Source: Bigelowiella natans CCMP2755
Lineage: Eukaryota > Protista > Cercozoa
Assembly (NCBI GenBank): GCA_000320545.1
Contig: ADNK01001508.1
Coordinates: forward strand, 1-63,450
Direction of reading: 5' to 3'
Length of the DNA: 63,450 bases
Positions 1-14,197 of this stretch are shown piece after piece. The position numbers and the translations under genes are program-made. The number at the start of each line of letters is the position of its first letter. Within the stretch, counting starts at the first letter, position 1. The notes beneath the pieces are model-generated. The model searched no databases, was not told the DNA's origin, and saw nothing but the letters and a program-made list of their open reading frames with translations.

Positions 1-259
1 CTTTTTATTAGCAGCGACTTTGCAGTATTTCTCTTCGCCTTCCGTTCCTTGAAATGCTCCATCAAAACGACATCGACGTTCTCCGTCATCGTATCTGCAA
101 AGAAAATACATTGTGCTGTGTTTGCGTACCATCCAGCAAAACAACGTGGTGTGTGCATCATGCACTCCGAGAAAATTCGAATTCATGCAAACTCGATAAT
201 GACTATTTCAAGGGACGGAAGGCGAAGATAAATACTGCAAAGTCGCTGCTTATAAAAAG
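1..259. repeat. 55-bp inverted repeat (1-55 vs 205-259), possibly extending beyond the left window edge
   Basis: The reverse complement of 1-55 matches 205-259 at 52/55 positions. The right arm covers the predicted last intron/exon junction of the SGNH gene. Confidence 0.9.
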
Positions 260-1570
260 GGCTTTTTGCGCAAAAAAAAAGTGAACGAGTTGCTATACCT
301 GCACCCCGAAGCGGGTACTTACGGGGCTGGGGCCACTTTTATGGACAGTCGAGCGGTTTTCCCAGCGCACTTATTGTCCAAACTCCTGAATTGTGGAGCA
401 GGTTGGTTCTCCCCGTCTCTGCTACTCGTCTCCGTATATATATTTCTGCCCCTTCCCCCCGCCCTTCCCTCTCCCCCCGCCTCCTCCCGAACTCCTTCAC
501 ATTAGTGCTAACCGCATCCGATCGCTGCCTCCACCCCCTGCTGCGCTCTACTACCTGACGTCTAAGACCCCGCATTGCTTGTACCCCACTTGTTCCACCC
601 GGTAGCATTTATTGGACTGGGTGCACGGCTTATCATTCACGGCAAACTTAAGATCTGTTGCGAAGTTCGCGACGGTGTCTGGCTTGCTCCACTCGTAGGG
701 CGGCTCGCACACCCACACTGAGCACTTGCTAGAGCTTCCTTTGAACGCCAGCTTCATTCCACGAGGTAGAGGGGGGGGGAGGGGGGAGAGAGAAGAGGAG
801 GAGGAGGGGGAGAGGAAGAAGAGAAGCACGATTAATGACAATATCACAATCAAACACATGGACACATACACTGCAATCTGAATGCAACCCCCCCTGCAGC
901 AAGGCTCTAAACAACAATCGCCATCCCTTGCAATCTCTACAAATACGCCGACCTTCACCGAGAGTTCTCCGGCACCTCGCCATCCTCTAAAGGCGCGCTT
1001 CTGGTCCAAGTGCGACAGGTGCTGCATGCACCGCACGCAGTCCTCAGTGCCTTTCCTTCGCGGGGCGTAGCACTTGGAATCGAAGAAGCTCTTCGCGTTA
1101 CAGAGTTCCTGGTGGGGAGCGACGCTATTCACCCAGCCCCCTCCGATATTTGCGTTGCTCCAAACATCAAGAAAACGAGAAGACGACGAGGAGGAGACGG
1201 TGGGGGTAGTAGCCCTCCCCTCTTCTCCGCCATCCTCTCCTTCTTCCATCTCTTCCGCAGCTGTTCCTTCTGTTGTTTTGTTAAGAATCCAGTCGCCGAC
1301 GTCAGGGCCGTGTGCCTTTGGAAGATACGAATAGGCGCATGAAGGCTTATTTTCGCAGATGTCCGGATTGCATACGATGGGAGAGGGTAGAGGCGCGTTG
1401 TTCTGCCTCCCGCTCTGCGTTAGAAGGGCCTTTCGAGCCTGCAAAAGGCCATCTTTCCCGACCGCCAGTAACGACTCAACGGCATTGAGCATCAGCCCCC
1501 TGAAAGGAAGTCGGTTGGAAATCAAAACGAGGGTGAAGACAATCATACTAGTAGTTGACCATGTCTCTTA

Positions 1571-1612
<42 letters not shown>

Positions 1613-1615
1613 CTT

Positions 1616-1673
<58 letters not shown>

Positions 1674-3035
1674 TGTAGAATTATGTGAATTCATGACGAC
1701 ATATGCACGTTCATACTATCCCTGCACACACATGTAGTAGTAAGCAAACTGGTGTCCCATCACTTGATGACCGAGCTTTCCCTGATAGCAGAAGGTAATA
1801 GTAAATGTGCATATGCGTATGCATTACCACTTTCGCCATCACCCGCCCCCCCCCCCCGCCCCATGCACCGAGAAAAAGGGAGAGAAGGGAGAGGGAGAGA
1901 CCGGATGCCAATTCACGAAAAGGAGTCCCTTGGGATAACCATCTTGCTTCTCAAAGTCAACTGGGCATGCGCCGACATCGTCGTATCCATCGTCCGGGGA
2001 AGCGACCTGATCATTAGATTATGATGATGCTGGCGAATGACGATATAATAACAAGCGCGGCTCACGTGTTTGAATAATGATGAAAATCCAGACAGTCACT
2101 AAGCCGTCATCGAAAGACTCGTTCCTACTACCCATTCCTCCTCTCTCTCCACCCCCCCCCCTCCCCCCAATGCATAACCTTCTTTCCGGTATTCTCGTCG
2201 AGATCCTTACTCCATCGCGGCCTCTTGGCCTTCTCACGCAAATGGTCGAATGTCGTACCAAACGCATCGAAGTAGTTGACCGCCGAGGTGCTCGCGTAAG
2301 GGCTGAATATGCCTGGCTGCTTGCTCTTTTTCTCGGGGTTGAGCCAATCACTCAAGTATTTCAGAGGCTTTGAGTGAAGTCGCTCCGAGTGCTAATGAGG
2401 TGGATGGGGTTAAAAGCAGCACACATAAATACGCACACACACGCACACACGACATCCATATTCTTCAGAGCAATTATGTGAAGTTTTCACATCTGACAAC
2501 ATTGAAGAAAGCACATGTGAAGAGAGGGACTTGCCCACGTTGTAGAAACTCGAAATGTTAAGTATTATTTTTTCTCCCCCCTCCCCCCTCCCCCCTCCCC
2601 CCTCCCCCCCCCCCCGCTTTGAGATCTTCTGCACCTGAAGGAAGAGTAAGTGTACGGCGGGGCGGTTTTTCAGCATGAGAGCCATGCGAATGAATACTTC
2701 TAGCCCTGCAGCTTGGAGCACGGGATCGCGCACACCGCTGACTTGGTCTTGAATATGATCGGACTAAGGGAGACAAAAATTAGAAGAAGGCTGAAGTATG
2801 GAGTAGAAAGGAGGAGAGGAGAGAAGAGTGAGGAAATGTGCGCACCCTTTCCGGAAGGAGGACGGTGTTTGGTTCGAATCCTTCGTGGAACGCCCAGTAC
2901 TGCCATTCTCGTATCACTATGTCTGCGTCTTCACCCAACATGGGGCCAAGGCACACAGGGTGGGGATTGGGGTTGCGCCCTCCCACCGCCTGGTTCCGAA
3001 CCGTAAAGTTTACTCCCAGGACTGAGGTCCTATGA

Positions 3036-3080
<45 letters not shown>

Positions 3081-4142
3081 CACGAGCCGTATGGTACAAC
3101 AAATACAAATTGCAGCAAAATCATGCCTAACCCTTACAGAAATTTGCTATGGGGGAAATGATCGTCCTCGTTCTCTCGTGTTGCTTCTGCGCTGAATGTG
3201 CTTCTGCTCCTACCATAGCGGCCTGAGAGTGTCGCCGAGAACGACCGGCCATGCATCTGAGCCCAAGTTATCGTGTCCCGCGGATACGGAAGATCCTGCG
3301 ACAGAGATTACGAAGTTTTCCTTCCCTTGGAGCATGGCAAGTTTCATCTTGTCCACAAGAACGGTGCTATCCCTGGAGTTAGATATGCCAGCTGTTGAAA
3401 GAATTTTCTCGTCATTGCCGTAGCTCTTGAGCAAGGATAAGCGGTGCTTGGAAATCTCAGTTTTAGCTGTGCGCAGCCGCTGGAAGATCGTCACAACATC
3501 TACTTATAGGTATACACAGAAAGCGGTGAGACAAGAAACGCAATTGACAGGTTTTCGCTACCAACCGATTGCGGAAGAAGGAAGATCTGAAAAGTTTGTT
3601 GCTTGCTCCTCTTTTGAGGACGATGGCGACTCTCGCTCTGGTGAAGATTTACTTTCCCCAGGGTTCGTTTGCTTCTGGCCAGCGACAATGGCAGGAGGGT
3701 TTTCCCAAGGCGCTGGTTTCCCCCCATTCTCTTCAACGACAACGTCTCCAGGTAACGGCTCTGCGATGATCATCCCTACCTTTATGCCGACGAGTAACAT
3801 GCAGATCATGCCAACTCCGCACAGAGCGAGAGATTTTCGATCCAGATCTAAGAAATCATTTTTACCTACAAATAAGCGATTCAGAACAAGAAGATCAGGA
3901 GACGAACTCGAAGACAAGATCAATAATTCTGGTGCATTTTCGTTCAATAGCTGTACACACCACCTCTTCCAAACCAATGTCCTCGTCTGAAATGAATCAC
4001 AAAGGAAAGGTCAACCCGGCTTGATTGGCAAAGTGAAACGATGAAACTGAAACAATGCATAGGTTAAGTACTTATTCGTCTGTAGATCGAATCCCATCAT
4101 ATCCTCGTCGTCATCCTCGGACGAGGCGGCAAACGAAGCCAT
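183..4142 (-). CDS. Multi-exon SGNH/GDSL-hydrolase-like, membrane-anchored protein (start approximate)
   Basis: Exons read ALCGVGMICMLLVGIKVGMII (TM), FVISVAGSSVSAGHDN (block I Ser), RNHAVGGRNPNP, LEVFIRMALMLKNRPAVHLL and VNWHP/GKLGHQVMGHQFAYYY (block V His). GT-AG introns are filled with microsatellites. The predicted last exon is IYLRLPSLEIVIIEFA*. Confidence 0.6.
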
Positions 4143-4861
4143 TGCTTGCGCGTTGCTCAACGTCATTCTGGTGTCGACATACGTTTCCGCTTTTGTTGGT
4201 TGTTGCAGTTTGTTGTAGACGTTGTTGTTGCATGAGTTTTCGGCTCAATTCCATTTGGTCAAAATTCTATCAGTAAAATAACTAATGATTTCAGAATAGT
4301 GCACTCAACACTTCCGAAAATAATTCCAGGAGCAGAAAACACGCAAAATAATACGCTCTCTGAAAGAAGTCTTCAGGATGTCTCTGGGGTAGATTTGTCT
4401 CGTTTTGTACGGAAATAAATTCCAGCAGCAAATAGATATTTAATAGTGGAGGCATGTCGCACATGAAAAAGGCAATGCAATAACTTAGTAACTCACCCGA
4501 TATCCTCAGCATTCGCCTCTTCTATGTATCGGAACTCTAATAAGCCGCCAAGAGCCTCAGCACCTGCCACCAAATCTTAACACGAGTCGCAAAATGACGG
4601 AATTTTGTGCCTGCGACAATGATATATAGGTAATTTATATAGATTATCGGGTTGTTGGTCAATCTAAAGCCTTGAACTCGAATCTCCTTCATATCTGAAA
4701 ACTATGTCCACGTGCAGGTGACGTATCCACAAGGACCTCTCCCCCCTTCCTTTACCTGTCCTCACAGAGTTGTTGAATCGGGGGTTTGTTTTTTCGGAAC
4801 GGCATCGTTTTAAAGATCGGAAGCACCTGTCTGAACTTCCTTTTTGTTTGCGTACGTTGCG

Positions 4862-7737
4862 ATGATTTGTAGAGTATCGCTTCCCGTCATCGCCTTGGGT
4901 GCAACTGTGTGTTCCGCCCTTGTGCTCGCCGCAACATCACGCTCTGGCTCGGGAGCTGCTAAGCATGCACTCAAGCGATCGTTGCAAGTAAGATCTGGAG
5001 TGAGGATGTCAAGGGCAATTCCTTCCATGATTTCGCCCATTCGACACAATAGTGGCGTAGTCGCTCATGCAGGAAAGTACGATATTGCCGACGGCTTCAA
5101 GACTGGAGTTCTAAGTGCCAATCAACAGGTTCTGCATAAACTTACTCAATCTAATGATTCGATTTAAGGCTGAGCACGTAGTCTATGGCGAGTGAATAAT
5201 TCAACAGAAGCGAAATCTTACAAATCTCGGATTTGACTTGATGCTTTGAATGGATGCTGCTTTACTTCCTGTGAAACTACCTTCAGAAAGTTTTCTTAAG
5301 CGAGACGCAGTTGAAGTCGGCCTCGGAGACTGATCAGCCAGATATTCTTGTCCGTCACCCTTGTTGTTGACAGTCTACTAACCCTCACCATCAGCATGCT
5401 TCGTTGGAAATAGAACGAAAAATCTCATTGATTTTTGCATGTGGCTCTCTGTTCACAGGGAAATATCCAAGAGCTTGGGCTTCTAACCGCTGTTGAAGAA
5501 TCTGGGTTGCTCCCTATTCTAGAGAAACAGGGCCTGACTCTCAAGTTTATCGAGAAGCTAGGTTCTCCAATATTATAGATATTAAGATATAGTTTTGGCC
5601 ATATTACTCGATGGATTTCTACGATTATTCCCACAAGGATGCATGCCAAGGATAACGCGAGTTTTGATTCCTCTAGCAGCTAAAGATTGGTTATTCATAT
5701 CATTTACTTACGCCTATCTCTCTGTTCTTCTCCCGTAGGACTTCTCTCGACAGTGGAAAACTTGGGCGTTCTTTCTACCATTTCAAATCCGGTATACTAT
5801 TTGTGATTTTGATTTCATTCAACGGAAGATTTCAAAATGCGCCAGCTATGCGTGAATATACTTTCTAAGAAACCGAAGATACTTGCCCAACCATCCGTTC
5901 TTCTCACTTCTGACATATGATGGAATCAGGCTACCCCAACGGCCCTGTATGCAACATCCCTCGGTACGTACTTATATTTATGTGCGCACGTGCGTGTGTG
6001 TATGGGTGCTGGCGGATATGGCCAATTACATATCATGCAGCATAGCTCTCATCTAAATTACTCAAAATTGGATCCCCTTCATTCGTCGTAGGACTTGCTC
6101 TATTCTCCACCGCGGCGCTTACACTGTTTCCAAGCGACGATGCGCTTGAGGGGACGTTGAAGGTAGGTTAAGGAGAAATGGGAGGGGGAGTGGGGGGGTG
6201 GGTTGACTGGAATAGGTAAAGTTTCCAGCCTTTGCACAGCCTTCCATACTCCTCTCCCCATAATCAATTCCTCGCCTAAAATAAAAACGGTAGACTGTGC
6301 TTCTGCTTGGAGGATCTGGAGGGACTGTCGCTGCTGCCGTCGGAGGTGAGTATGCGAAGCGTTGGAAAGATGATTACTGGCCCGACAAAAAAGCTAAAAG
6401 AAGGAAAATAATGTGTTGCGTGATGTACAATAAACCATGATTCCAACCACCTGCGACTTTGCGCATAATCTTAGCTCGGGTTCTCGATACGCTCCAGGGG
6501 CGTGCCTACGTAATAGCCTCCTTCCCGATGAAATGATACAATGGATTTCACCTTCCCTAATGATTTTTCTGTTGATATGGGAGAGAGAAGGGAGAGAGGG
6601 CGAGAGAGTGAGAGAATACGAGAGAGGGGGAGCACTGAGGGCAATGCCTGATTAATGTTATTTTTAAATTGCAGACTCGTGTAGGAGTTGGCAGCGGGTA
6701 ATTTTCCATGATTTTCGTTTGTTCCGCACTTTCTAAGAGTATAGCACGCCCCGTGAAAATAAGCCATCTTGACGACGACAACCTGTACACAATGAGATAG
6801 AACTGTTGCTTAATGATGGGAGGCACAGCACAGTTATAATATCTCAACTTAGTCGTGTCGAGCTTCAAAACCTTGCTAATGAACGCGCAAAGGCGAAGAT
6901 GCTCAAGAAGGGGTGAGTGATGGGGGGGGGGGGCGGACTGCGGGTGAGTGAGTGATTGAGGGAGGAGTGCATGAAAAGTACATGAAGAGACATAATTCAG
7001 CAAATGTCGTCGTGACCGTGACTTGAGTTCGTGCCGTATCCTTTATCCCATCTCGTAGGGCTCCCCCAGTATTAAGCAATATTGAGAAGATGAAGCTGCT
7101 CAGTCAGGTGGAGAAGAGCGGTCTCCTCTCCAAGCTCGAGGATGCTGGATTTAACCTCGAGAAGGTGCAGAAACTCAAGCTTCTTACAACCGCAGAAAAA
7201 ACCAAGGTATAGCCCTACGATAGTCATTTAAGCGGAGAGGCGAGGCTGTGCCTTGTCTTTGTCAAAACACAAACACGAAAGAAGTCTTGATGCAAGGCTA
7301 GCGATATGTATAATGTGTACGTGCTAATGTCGTGTAGATTCTTTCGATCATCTCGGATACGGAGACCCCCGGAAAGCTCACCGCCGCTAGTGCACTCCTC
7401 GCCGCTGCTGCAGCTGGATTGGTCAACCACGACTCATGACGATGATGATGTCGTTTCTTGTATTAAACCCTTCACACGCCCATTGTATTTGGGACGATGC
7501 GAGCATAGAAGTTGTGTCATGCAATGCAGGCGATGGGCGACCAAATATAGGGTATCCATTGGTTGTATATCAATCATGATAATGTCTGGGTGATGTTTGA
7601 ATTAGGTTCTCGCTGTACCAGATACTGATAGCTCTCTCGTCGCTGCCCAAGCTGCCGGTGCTGCAGCTCTTGCCATCCCCGCTGCTGCTTCTGCCTTTGG
7701 TTCCTCGTTTCTTTCTAATCTTCAGAAGTCTGGATAA
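4862..7737 (+). CDS. Plastid-targeted protein with two tandem DUF1118 domains
   Basis: Exon 1 (4862-5128) encodes a hydrophobic signal peptide plus an S/R/A-rich transit-like peptide. Domain 1 reads PDIL-GNIQELGLLTAVEESGLLPILEKQGLTLKFIEKLGLLSTVENLGVLS...RVLDTLQ. Domain 2 reads PPVLSNIEKMKLLSQVEKSGLLSKLEDAGFNLEKVQKLKLL...AFGSSFLSNLQKSG*. The exon phases I checked are compatible. Confidence 0.8.
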
Positions 7738-7949
7738 ATAAGAGAACATTCCTGACTCTGTGAGACAATTGTTAATGAATGCAATTTCGTATTGCAAAGG
7801 TACTCCGGCGAGGACTTTAGAAATATGAATTTAATAAAGTTATTTGTGAACTATAAACACGTGAAAAGTTGCATGTCGAAATTATTAACAAGTATATGTG
7901 ATAAAGTACATTGTATCGATTATAATAACTCCTGCATCATGGAAATTGT

Positions 7950-8350
7950 GAAAGCGTCCAGAACATGTCATCTACGTGTTGTTACTTCATTGAGGTAAAC
8001 GTGCTGCTGAGAAGAGCTGCGCTAGAACAGAAAACACTGCAGAAATGACCATTGCAACGCAATGAAGGCATGCATCTTGACAGACACAAGTAGCACATGT
8101 CACATGTGCACATCCTTACCTTGATGATCTCATGCTGCGATGAGTTACGACGCGTGCTAGCGTGGCAACGATGTCGCACCTAGCTAGCTAGGCACCTCAT
8201 TGGCCAAGATTCTTTCGATGTCTTGCACTCTACGCGCACATCATGTCACATTACTGCTGAGCAATGCATGTCATCGCTCCCACATGGTTGTTCAAACTCA
8301 TGTTCACCTACTAAATTGGGCGGTATTCCCCCATGTTGTGTGTTGTGTGC
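7950..8350. other. TGCA/CATG/CTAG-rich intergenic spacer
   Basis: Dense gctagc, tgca, catg and cacatg motifs with no credible ORF, downstream of a + strand gene end. Confidence 0.6.
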
Positions 8351-8439
8351 TTTATGGGAAGAACATATTACATCCGTTCCTATACCCGCTTGAAGCGGTT
8401 TTGTAATCATTAGCTTGCACTGCACCATGACATTTCTTC

Positions 8440-9574
8440 CTGCAGACGATTGTTGCTTTCTAAGGCCCACCTACTTCTTGATTTGCAGATAACATTTGGA
8501 GAAGCTGTGTGTTTCCAAATTTCTGAACCAGATCTGTTGCGGTGATATTTATCGGACAGCACGCCTGAGACGCATAGATAAAAATGAGAAAATCAACAAA
8601 CTAGTGGATGATGCACGTGGTTGTGTTCTTGTTCTGCGACAAACGATTATTACGTAGCAATTGATACAAACCGCCCAGCGTGCAGAGTAACAGCAGCAAT
8701 ATTCCGCAACCTGTGTTTATTAAGATCATGACTCATGCAAAGCATTCATTTTTATGTGTTCCTTTCGTAAATACCACAGATCTGCAGCCGGTTGGATTCT
8801 CTTCATCCCTCAGAAAAGTGGATATAGGAAAGCATATCCATCCAAGAAGAGTTTGCTGTGTGTCATAGACAACTTGATGATCATATGGTGGCTCTTATTC
8901 AGGCTAAATCATTACTGGGATGGACAGCGGAATGCAGATTGGTGCGCAACACAGGCACATGCAGTATTGGTAACATTTCAAAGCACCTAGAAAGTGGTTA
9001 TTGGTTGTTGGTCAGGATTTTCGTGATTCACAACAAACTTAAAAGGAATAGCAACCTTGTTCCTCAGCCCCCAGACCGTCCGTTCCCGGGTACTCAATGA
9101 AACCCCCTTTCAAGCTGGGTCCAAAATGGAAGTCATCGTCTGCCCCTGCTAGAATTTCCACCGCGCATGCAGCATTCCTTTCTTGATAGGATTCCATTGT
9201 GCAGATGTTTGAAAAGTATCTAGATTTCGCTTTGAGCGACCGAATCGCGGGATGATTTTTTCTATCCAGGCAGTTCACATTTGATGCATCATGATTAGTT
9301 CACACCACCCCCTGACAAACCAAGAATCACAATCGCGCTATTTATAGCTACAACGTCGAAGTTGTTGTCGCACCTCGTGAAAGGGAAGCAGGGCTGCACA
9401 TCTCCTGCGATTAGATCTTGCGACATGCAAAACGTTGACCTGGAAAAAAAAGCAAAACTGTTGCCCTGTTCCTGGTTTTGACTGTTCCAAAGCTGTTTGG
9501 GTGGATGAGTTGCGGCACTTCGATGATCCATCCAGCTGCACCTTTGGGGCTGCCTCGTTCTCAATTTCATTCAT
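8440..9574 (-). pseudogene. Possible hypothetical gene or decayed gene fragments
   Basis: Short coding-like ORFs (9338-9574, 9295-9570, 9039-9278) have plausible splice sites but no recognisable domain. Confidence 0.25.
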
Positions 9575-9649
9575 TCATCATTCGTGCATTCGGGGAGACA
9601 AAGTTGAGTAATTCTGGTGATCCTCACTTTTGCTACACCGTTGTTTGAG

Positions 9650-10720
9650 ATGCGTTCAGCTTGTCACAGCACACTAGCACAAGCTAGCAGGTTCCAGAGT
9701 TGGCACTTGTTGAAGTGTCAAAACACGAATCAATCGCGTCAATCCACCAACTAGTGGTTGGAAATTGTGCATTCGTTCACCCGTGGCAGGATGAACGGAG
9801 CATGACGGAAGAAGGTCTAAACTAGTAGAGCTAGAGAGGTGGCTTTCGAAGAGTTTTGCGGCTGTGGTTGGTCACGAACGTTGACAAACAGGCTCAACGT
9901 TGCTTTGTTCGCCCGACAAAAAGTTTGTCAAATTGGTCTGAACTTGATTGAAGTCTGGCGGTGTGGTGCAACAACTTGCAGCACGAGACCAACCTTTTGC
10001 ACAATCTAGCAATACTTGTGGTCCTCGCTTTGAAACTTCACTCCGCTTTGCCAGTTTGGCCCACTTCCCCGGCTAGCCGGTGCTTGTTCTGGGCAGGCTT
10101 GCTCATCCCATCCGCGTCGTGCACGTGTTGAACAGTGCACGCACAACTTGCGTGCTGCGTTGCATCAATGATGGACACCACACAATGCCACAGTGCATGT
10201 GAAAACACTGTGTCCATTGCATCGTGCGTCAGCTCTAGAGCTGTGCATCACCTAGACTCAGACACTCTGCACTGGAACACAAACCGACCACAACCATTGT
10301 GTGGACACAGTGATGTCATGTGTGCAATGTCCATCATGACCAGATGACCGTCAAGCAGCAAGGATCTAGGCGGTCGGTAATTTTTGGTTGTTAACCAGCA
10401 AGACAGTCTGAACAGTGTGGAAGTGCGCACCCCATGTTAGATGAATGTGTGCACTGGAGAGGCACACACGCTAGCACGTCTAGCACGTGCTGCAATTCAA
10501 TCAGCAACAAACGCAGTGCTCACAAATGCAAACATATGCATGCGCACAGCAAAGCAAACAGCTTGCACATGCACGTTGGCAGTAGCAATTCGCGCAGCTG
10601 TCTAGCTGTGCATGGGTAGTACGACTGCGCACCATTTTGACGTTCTGATTCATACATACGCCACCAACAAATGATATGCGAATCTCTCATGCATTGGATG
10701 AAAGATGACAGAATCATTCA
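9650..10720. other. TGCA/CATG/CTAG-rich intergenic spacer
   Basis: Same compositional signature as the other spacers. It lies downstream of the carrier gene 3' end. Confidence 0.55.
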
Positions 10721-10923
10721 TTGCGTTACTCATGTGATCAACGTCCTCCATGAATCAAATCTTCGCTGACGTCGATGTAACTATCAACCATTATTTCCTC
10801 GTAATATCCAGATGTGGCCCCATTTATTTACTGGCAGTAAGCAGTGGTAATCTATGTGCACGTTTTAGGGCGAAGAAGAACACGAAGAATTTCAACCTAA
10901 AATTATAGATGAAACTCATTCTT

Positions 10924-12859
10924 TCATTTTTTTAACAGGTACCGATGCTGAACACAAAATGTCGATTCGACGATGGAGATTAGCATTCTGTTTGTGTGGC
11001 CCTTTCATTATTGGATATGAATATGAAAGGTTACTTACGTAAGCTTCAGGAGCTGCTCTTTGAACATGAACACGAAAGAGCTCGTTAGCGTCGTCTGGGC
11101 CAGCTTCGCACCGAGACCCTCGAACCACCCTAGGAAGCCTTCCTCCTTGGTAATCTGCAACCAAACATTGATGAGACTAGACTAAACCAAGTTGGTACTT
11201 GTTGTTGATATTGTAATGATGCTTTTTAGTTGTAGAACAGTAGCAATCGTAGTGTACCAACAGTAGCAATAGCGCTAATAGCGGCAGTAGCTGCAACTCC
11301 GACAATCGGACAGATACGAGTGCTGTGATGGCAAATACCTTTTTACATATTTCTATGAGACCTCCTAGCTTCTCAGCCTCGCCAGTTAAGAGCTTGGTCT
11401 TGAGAAGCATCGCAGGGTAGGTAATCAGGCTGGCAACGACTTTGCCAACGAAACCGCAACAAAAATCCACGAGAGCGGAGCTGTAGCCCATTCGGTGCAA
11501 CTGAATGTTGATAACGACAAAGATAAAATGTTTGAAATATATATAAGAATCCATTATAATTGTGGCATGATTGTGAACTCTGGCATGGTTGTGCGACTTG
11601 ATTAAAAGACATGCATGGAAAAGTTTCGCAGCCCACACACTAGTTTTTATGAGGTAGCAAGGTTCCATTCAAGTTATTTATGCTGTTCGTGCTCTATCCC
11701 ATGAGACTGATGAAATACGCATTAAGACTCACCGATTTTCGAATCCGTTCGTATACAAGAAACGTGATTGCAGGATTTAGAACCAAGATGGTGCTAAATC
11801 AGAAGAATACGGGTAATTGTGAATTAAAAGTCCTTTAAATTATTCCAGGTCACATCACACTCAAAGAGGTGGATGCTATTCTCTTCGAATGTGTAAATTT
11901 TCACGTGTTACTCACTTGACTCCAAACCCCCTCCAAAATCCTTGCAGTCCTTTTTTCTTGTATATTCTCTGTGCTATCTGGAGAGTCGTCTGTGGACCAG
12001 GTTTAACAGAGTTACAAAACACATACGCACTAGAAGCAGAAACTAATAGATTTTACCTCATCTTTGAGCAAGACACTGTTGATCTGCAGGACTTTCAACG
12101 GCGATGTTATCAGCTGCAAAATGGTTGTTAGATCGACATAAAGTACGTGCTTGCAGGTGGTGGAATCAATCGAACCTGCACAAGGAGGCCCGCAAGACTT
12201 CCTACAGCTAGAGCAACAGATGGACTCATTTGAGCCCCTCCATTCCGACGCATCCATCTGAGTAAGCAAATAATTAATTATTGATTTGAAATTGGAAGCA
12301 GAAAGTGGTGGGCTTACAGTTTTTTGAATAAGGTGTAGAAGTAGAAATGAATCCCGTGGAAACATCCGGTTTCGCACTGAGTCGGGATATGCTCAATCTC
12401 AATTAAAGGTCTCATACAGCAGCGTTAAAGTTTATTTCTTGTTACCAATGAGATGCCAAGCCCCGCGTAACAGGTTTTGTAGAACTCTGGGGTTAAGAGA
12501 TCCGACCACTGTGCCGGTTGTATCTCGTTGAATGCCCCATTTTCATCTGGCTTCCCCTTTTCAATGCCATCCATTACGTCGTTCAGACTATCGTCCATGC
12601 TGTTCTCTCGTTCTTTTTTCATTCGATACTTCTTCCTACAACTGCCAGCGGCCTGTTGCTGGTATTTCAAAGTTTCCTGTCCATAGAATATTTATACTTA
12701 CGCCTCCTGTCATCAGCAAATGCTTATAAGCGAGCGTTTTACCAGTGGAAATAAAATTGCTTGTGAGATAATGCCGCTCAAGCCCCCTGCCACTGAGTGT
12801 GCTATGGCGGCCATATTGTCAGAGAGTTTCCCCTCTGCAATTTCTTCCGCTGTGGCCAT
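10924..12859 (-). CDS. Mitochondrial-carrier-family protein, peroxisomal PMP34/SLC25A17/ANT1-like (multi-exon)
   Basis: Three carrier repeats are visible: AHSVAGGLSGIISQAILFPL; ALAVGSLAGLLVQLITSPL with KKKGLQGFWRGFG and LVLNPAITFLVYERIRK; and GFVGKVVASLITYPAMLLKTKL with KEEGFLGWFEGLGAKLAQTTLTSSFVFMFKEQL. Confidence 0.85.
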
Positions 12860-13470
12860 GTTTTTAGTCTGCCTGCAATTTTAAAGCTGTATCAGTGCTC
12901 ACCATCTCCGTATTTGCTCATTTTTTTTTCTGTCACATAGAGGATACTCTAGCGCAACGAAGAGTTCAAGTCAATTCCCAAAATTAAAACAGAAAGATTT
13001 TTAAGCCATTAAAAAAATATCATTAATTCATTTCTCCCCTGCCTCTCCCAAGCCCCCCTCCAGGAGCTGTCCCGTCACCTGCTGCAGTGGAGTTATGCCA
13101 GAGTTTAATCCCACTGAAATGTAGGCTAATTTGACCAAGCGACACGTATTTATCCTTTGAAACGATAAAAACGCCCTTAAAATCACAACCGTCGGCTGTT
13201 GTACATGCATTTCAGGAGAATTTTGATCTTCCTTTTAGTGCGCAACGACTGAATTTGTCGCATGTCGTAGCTGAGATCGGCAGGGATCGGGCACTGGAGT
13301 ACGCACTGCACGGCGGGCATTTTGCACGATTTCAGTGGAGAAGTGGAGATACGAGTACGAAACCAGCATTTTTCTTGGAAACGATCCCGAGCGCGTCGTC
13401 TCTGCGACAACCGATATTGTTCGCATTATTCTTGGTCATATTGGAGTAATCACTCGGACATTGAACGGAG

Positions 13471-14162
13471 ATGGAGTCGAAGGCTACAGCAGAAAGAGTT
13501 TATCAAACCCCCCTCCGTGAATTATTGGAGGAGTACCGAGTAAATGTGAAAGAAGGGTACGAAACTACGATCGTTCCATCTCTCTCTTTTCATAATGACT
13601 GTGGTCCTTTTTCTTATTTCACAAGGCTCTCAACTGAGGAGGCCCGGAAGAGACTCGAGAGAGATGGACGCAACGAACTTCTACCAAAGAAGTCTTTTCT
13701 ACAGAAATGGTTCCCGTGGTTCTTCAGGGATCCATTAGGTCAGCAGCAAGGAGATTAACGTTATGACCATCACATAGAATCAACTAACTCAGTATTTTGC
13801 AAATTGTGAACAGCTGAGGGATTTAGGAATTTGATGCCAAGGGTAAAGCGAATGCACGCTGAGAGTTAACCCGGAGTTAACCCGCTATTATCGTGGCTAC
13901 GTTCTCCTAAATCTGCCCGTTGCATCTTCTCCGCTTATTATCTGATTCCAAAATTATTACACGCCTGTATTACCTTACGTCCAGATGGTAATTGTGATCC
14001 GTGGAGGTAATGAAATGAAAGTAGACGCGAGAGAACTTGTGGAAGGCGACCTGGTAAAAGGCTCGAGTGGACAACTGGTAAGCACCTTTACGTTAACACA
14101 TAAGAATAAACTCTTCCATTCCAACAAACGCTACGTCTATAGAGTAACAAATACACACAGAA

Positions 14163-14197
<35 letters not shown>

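Noticed and set aside
3427-3990. 187-aa + strand ORF, and other long antisense ORFs such as 14879-15604, 34946-35521 and 55589-56053
   Set aside because: They are shadows of real genes on the opposite strand.
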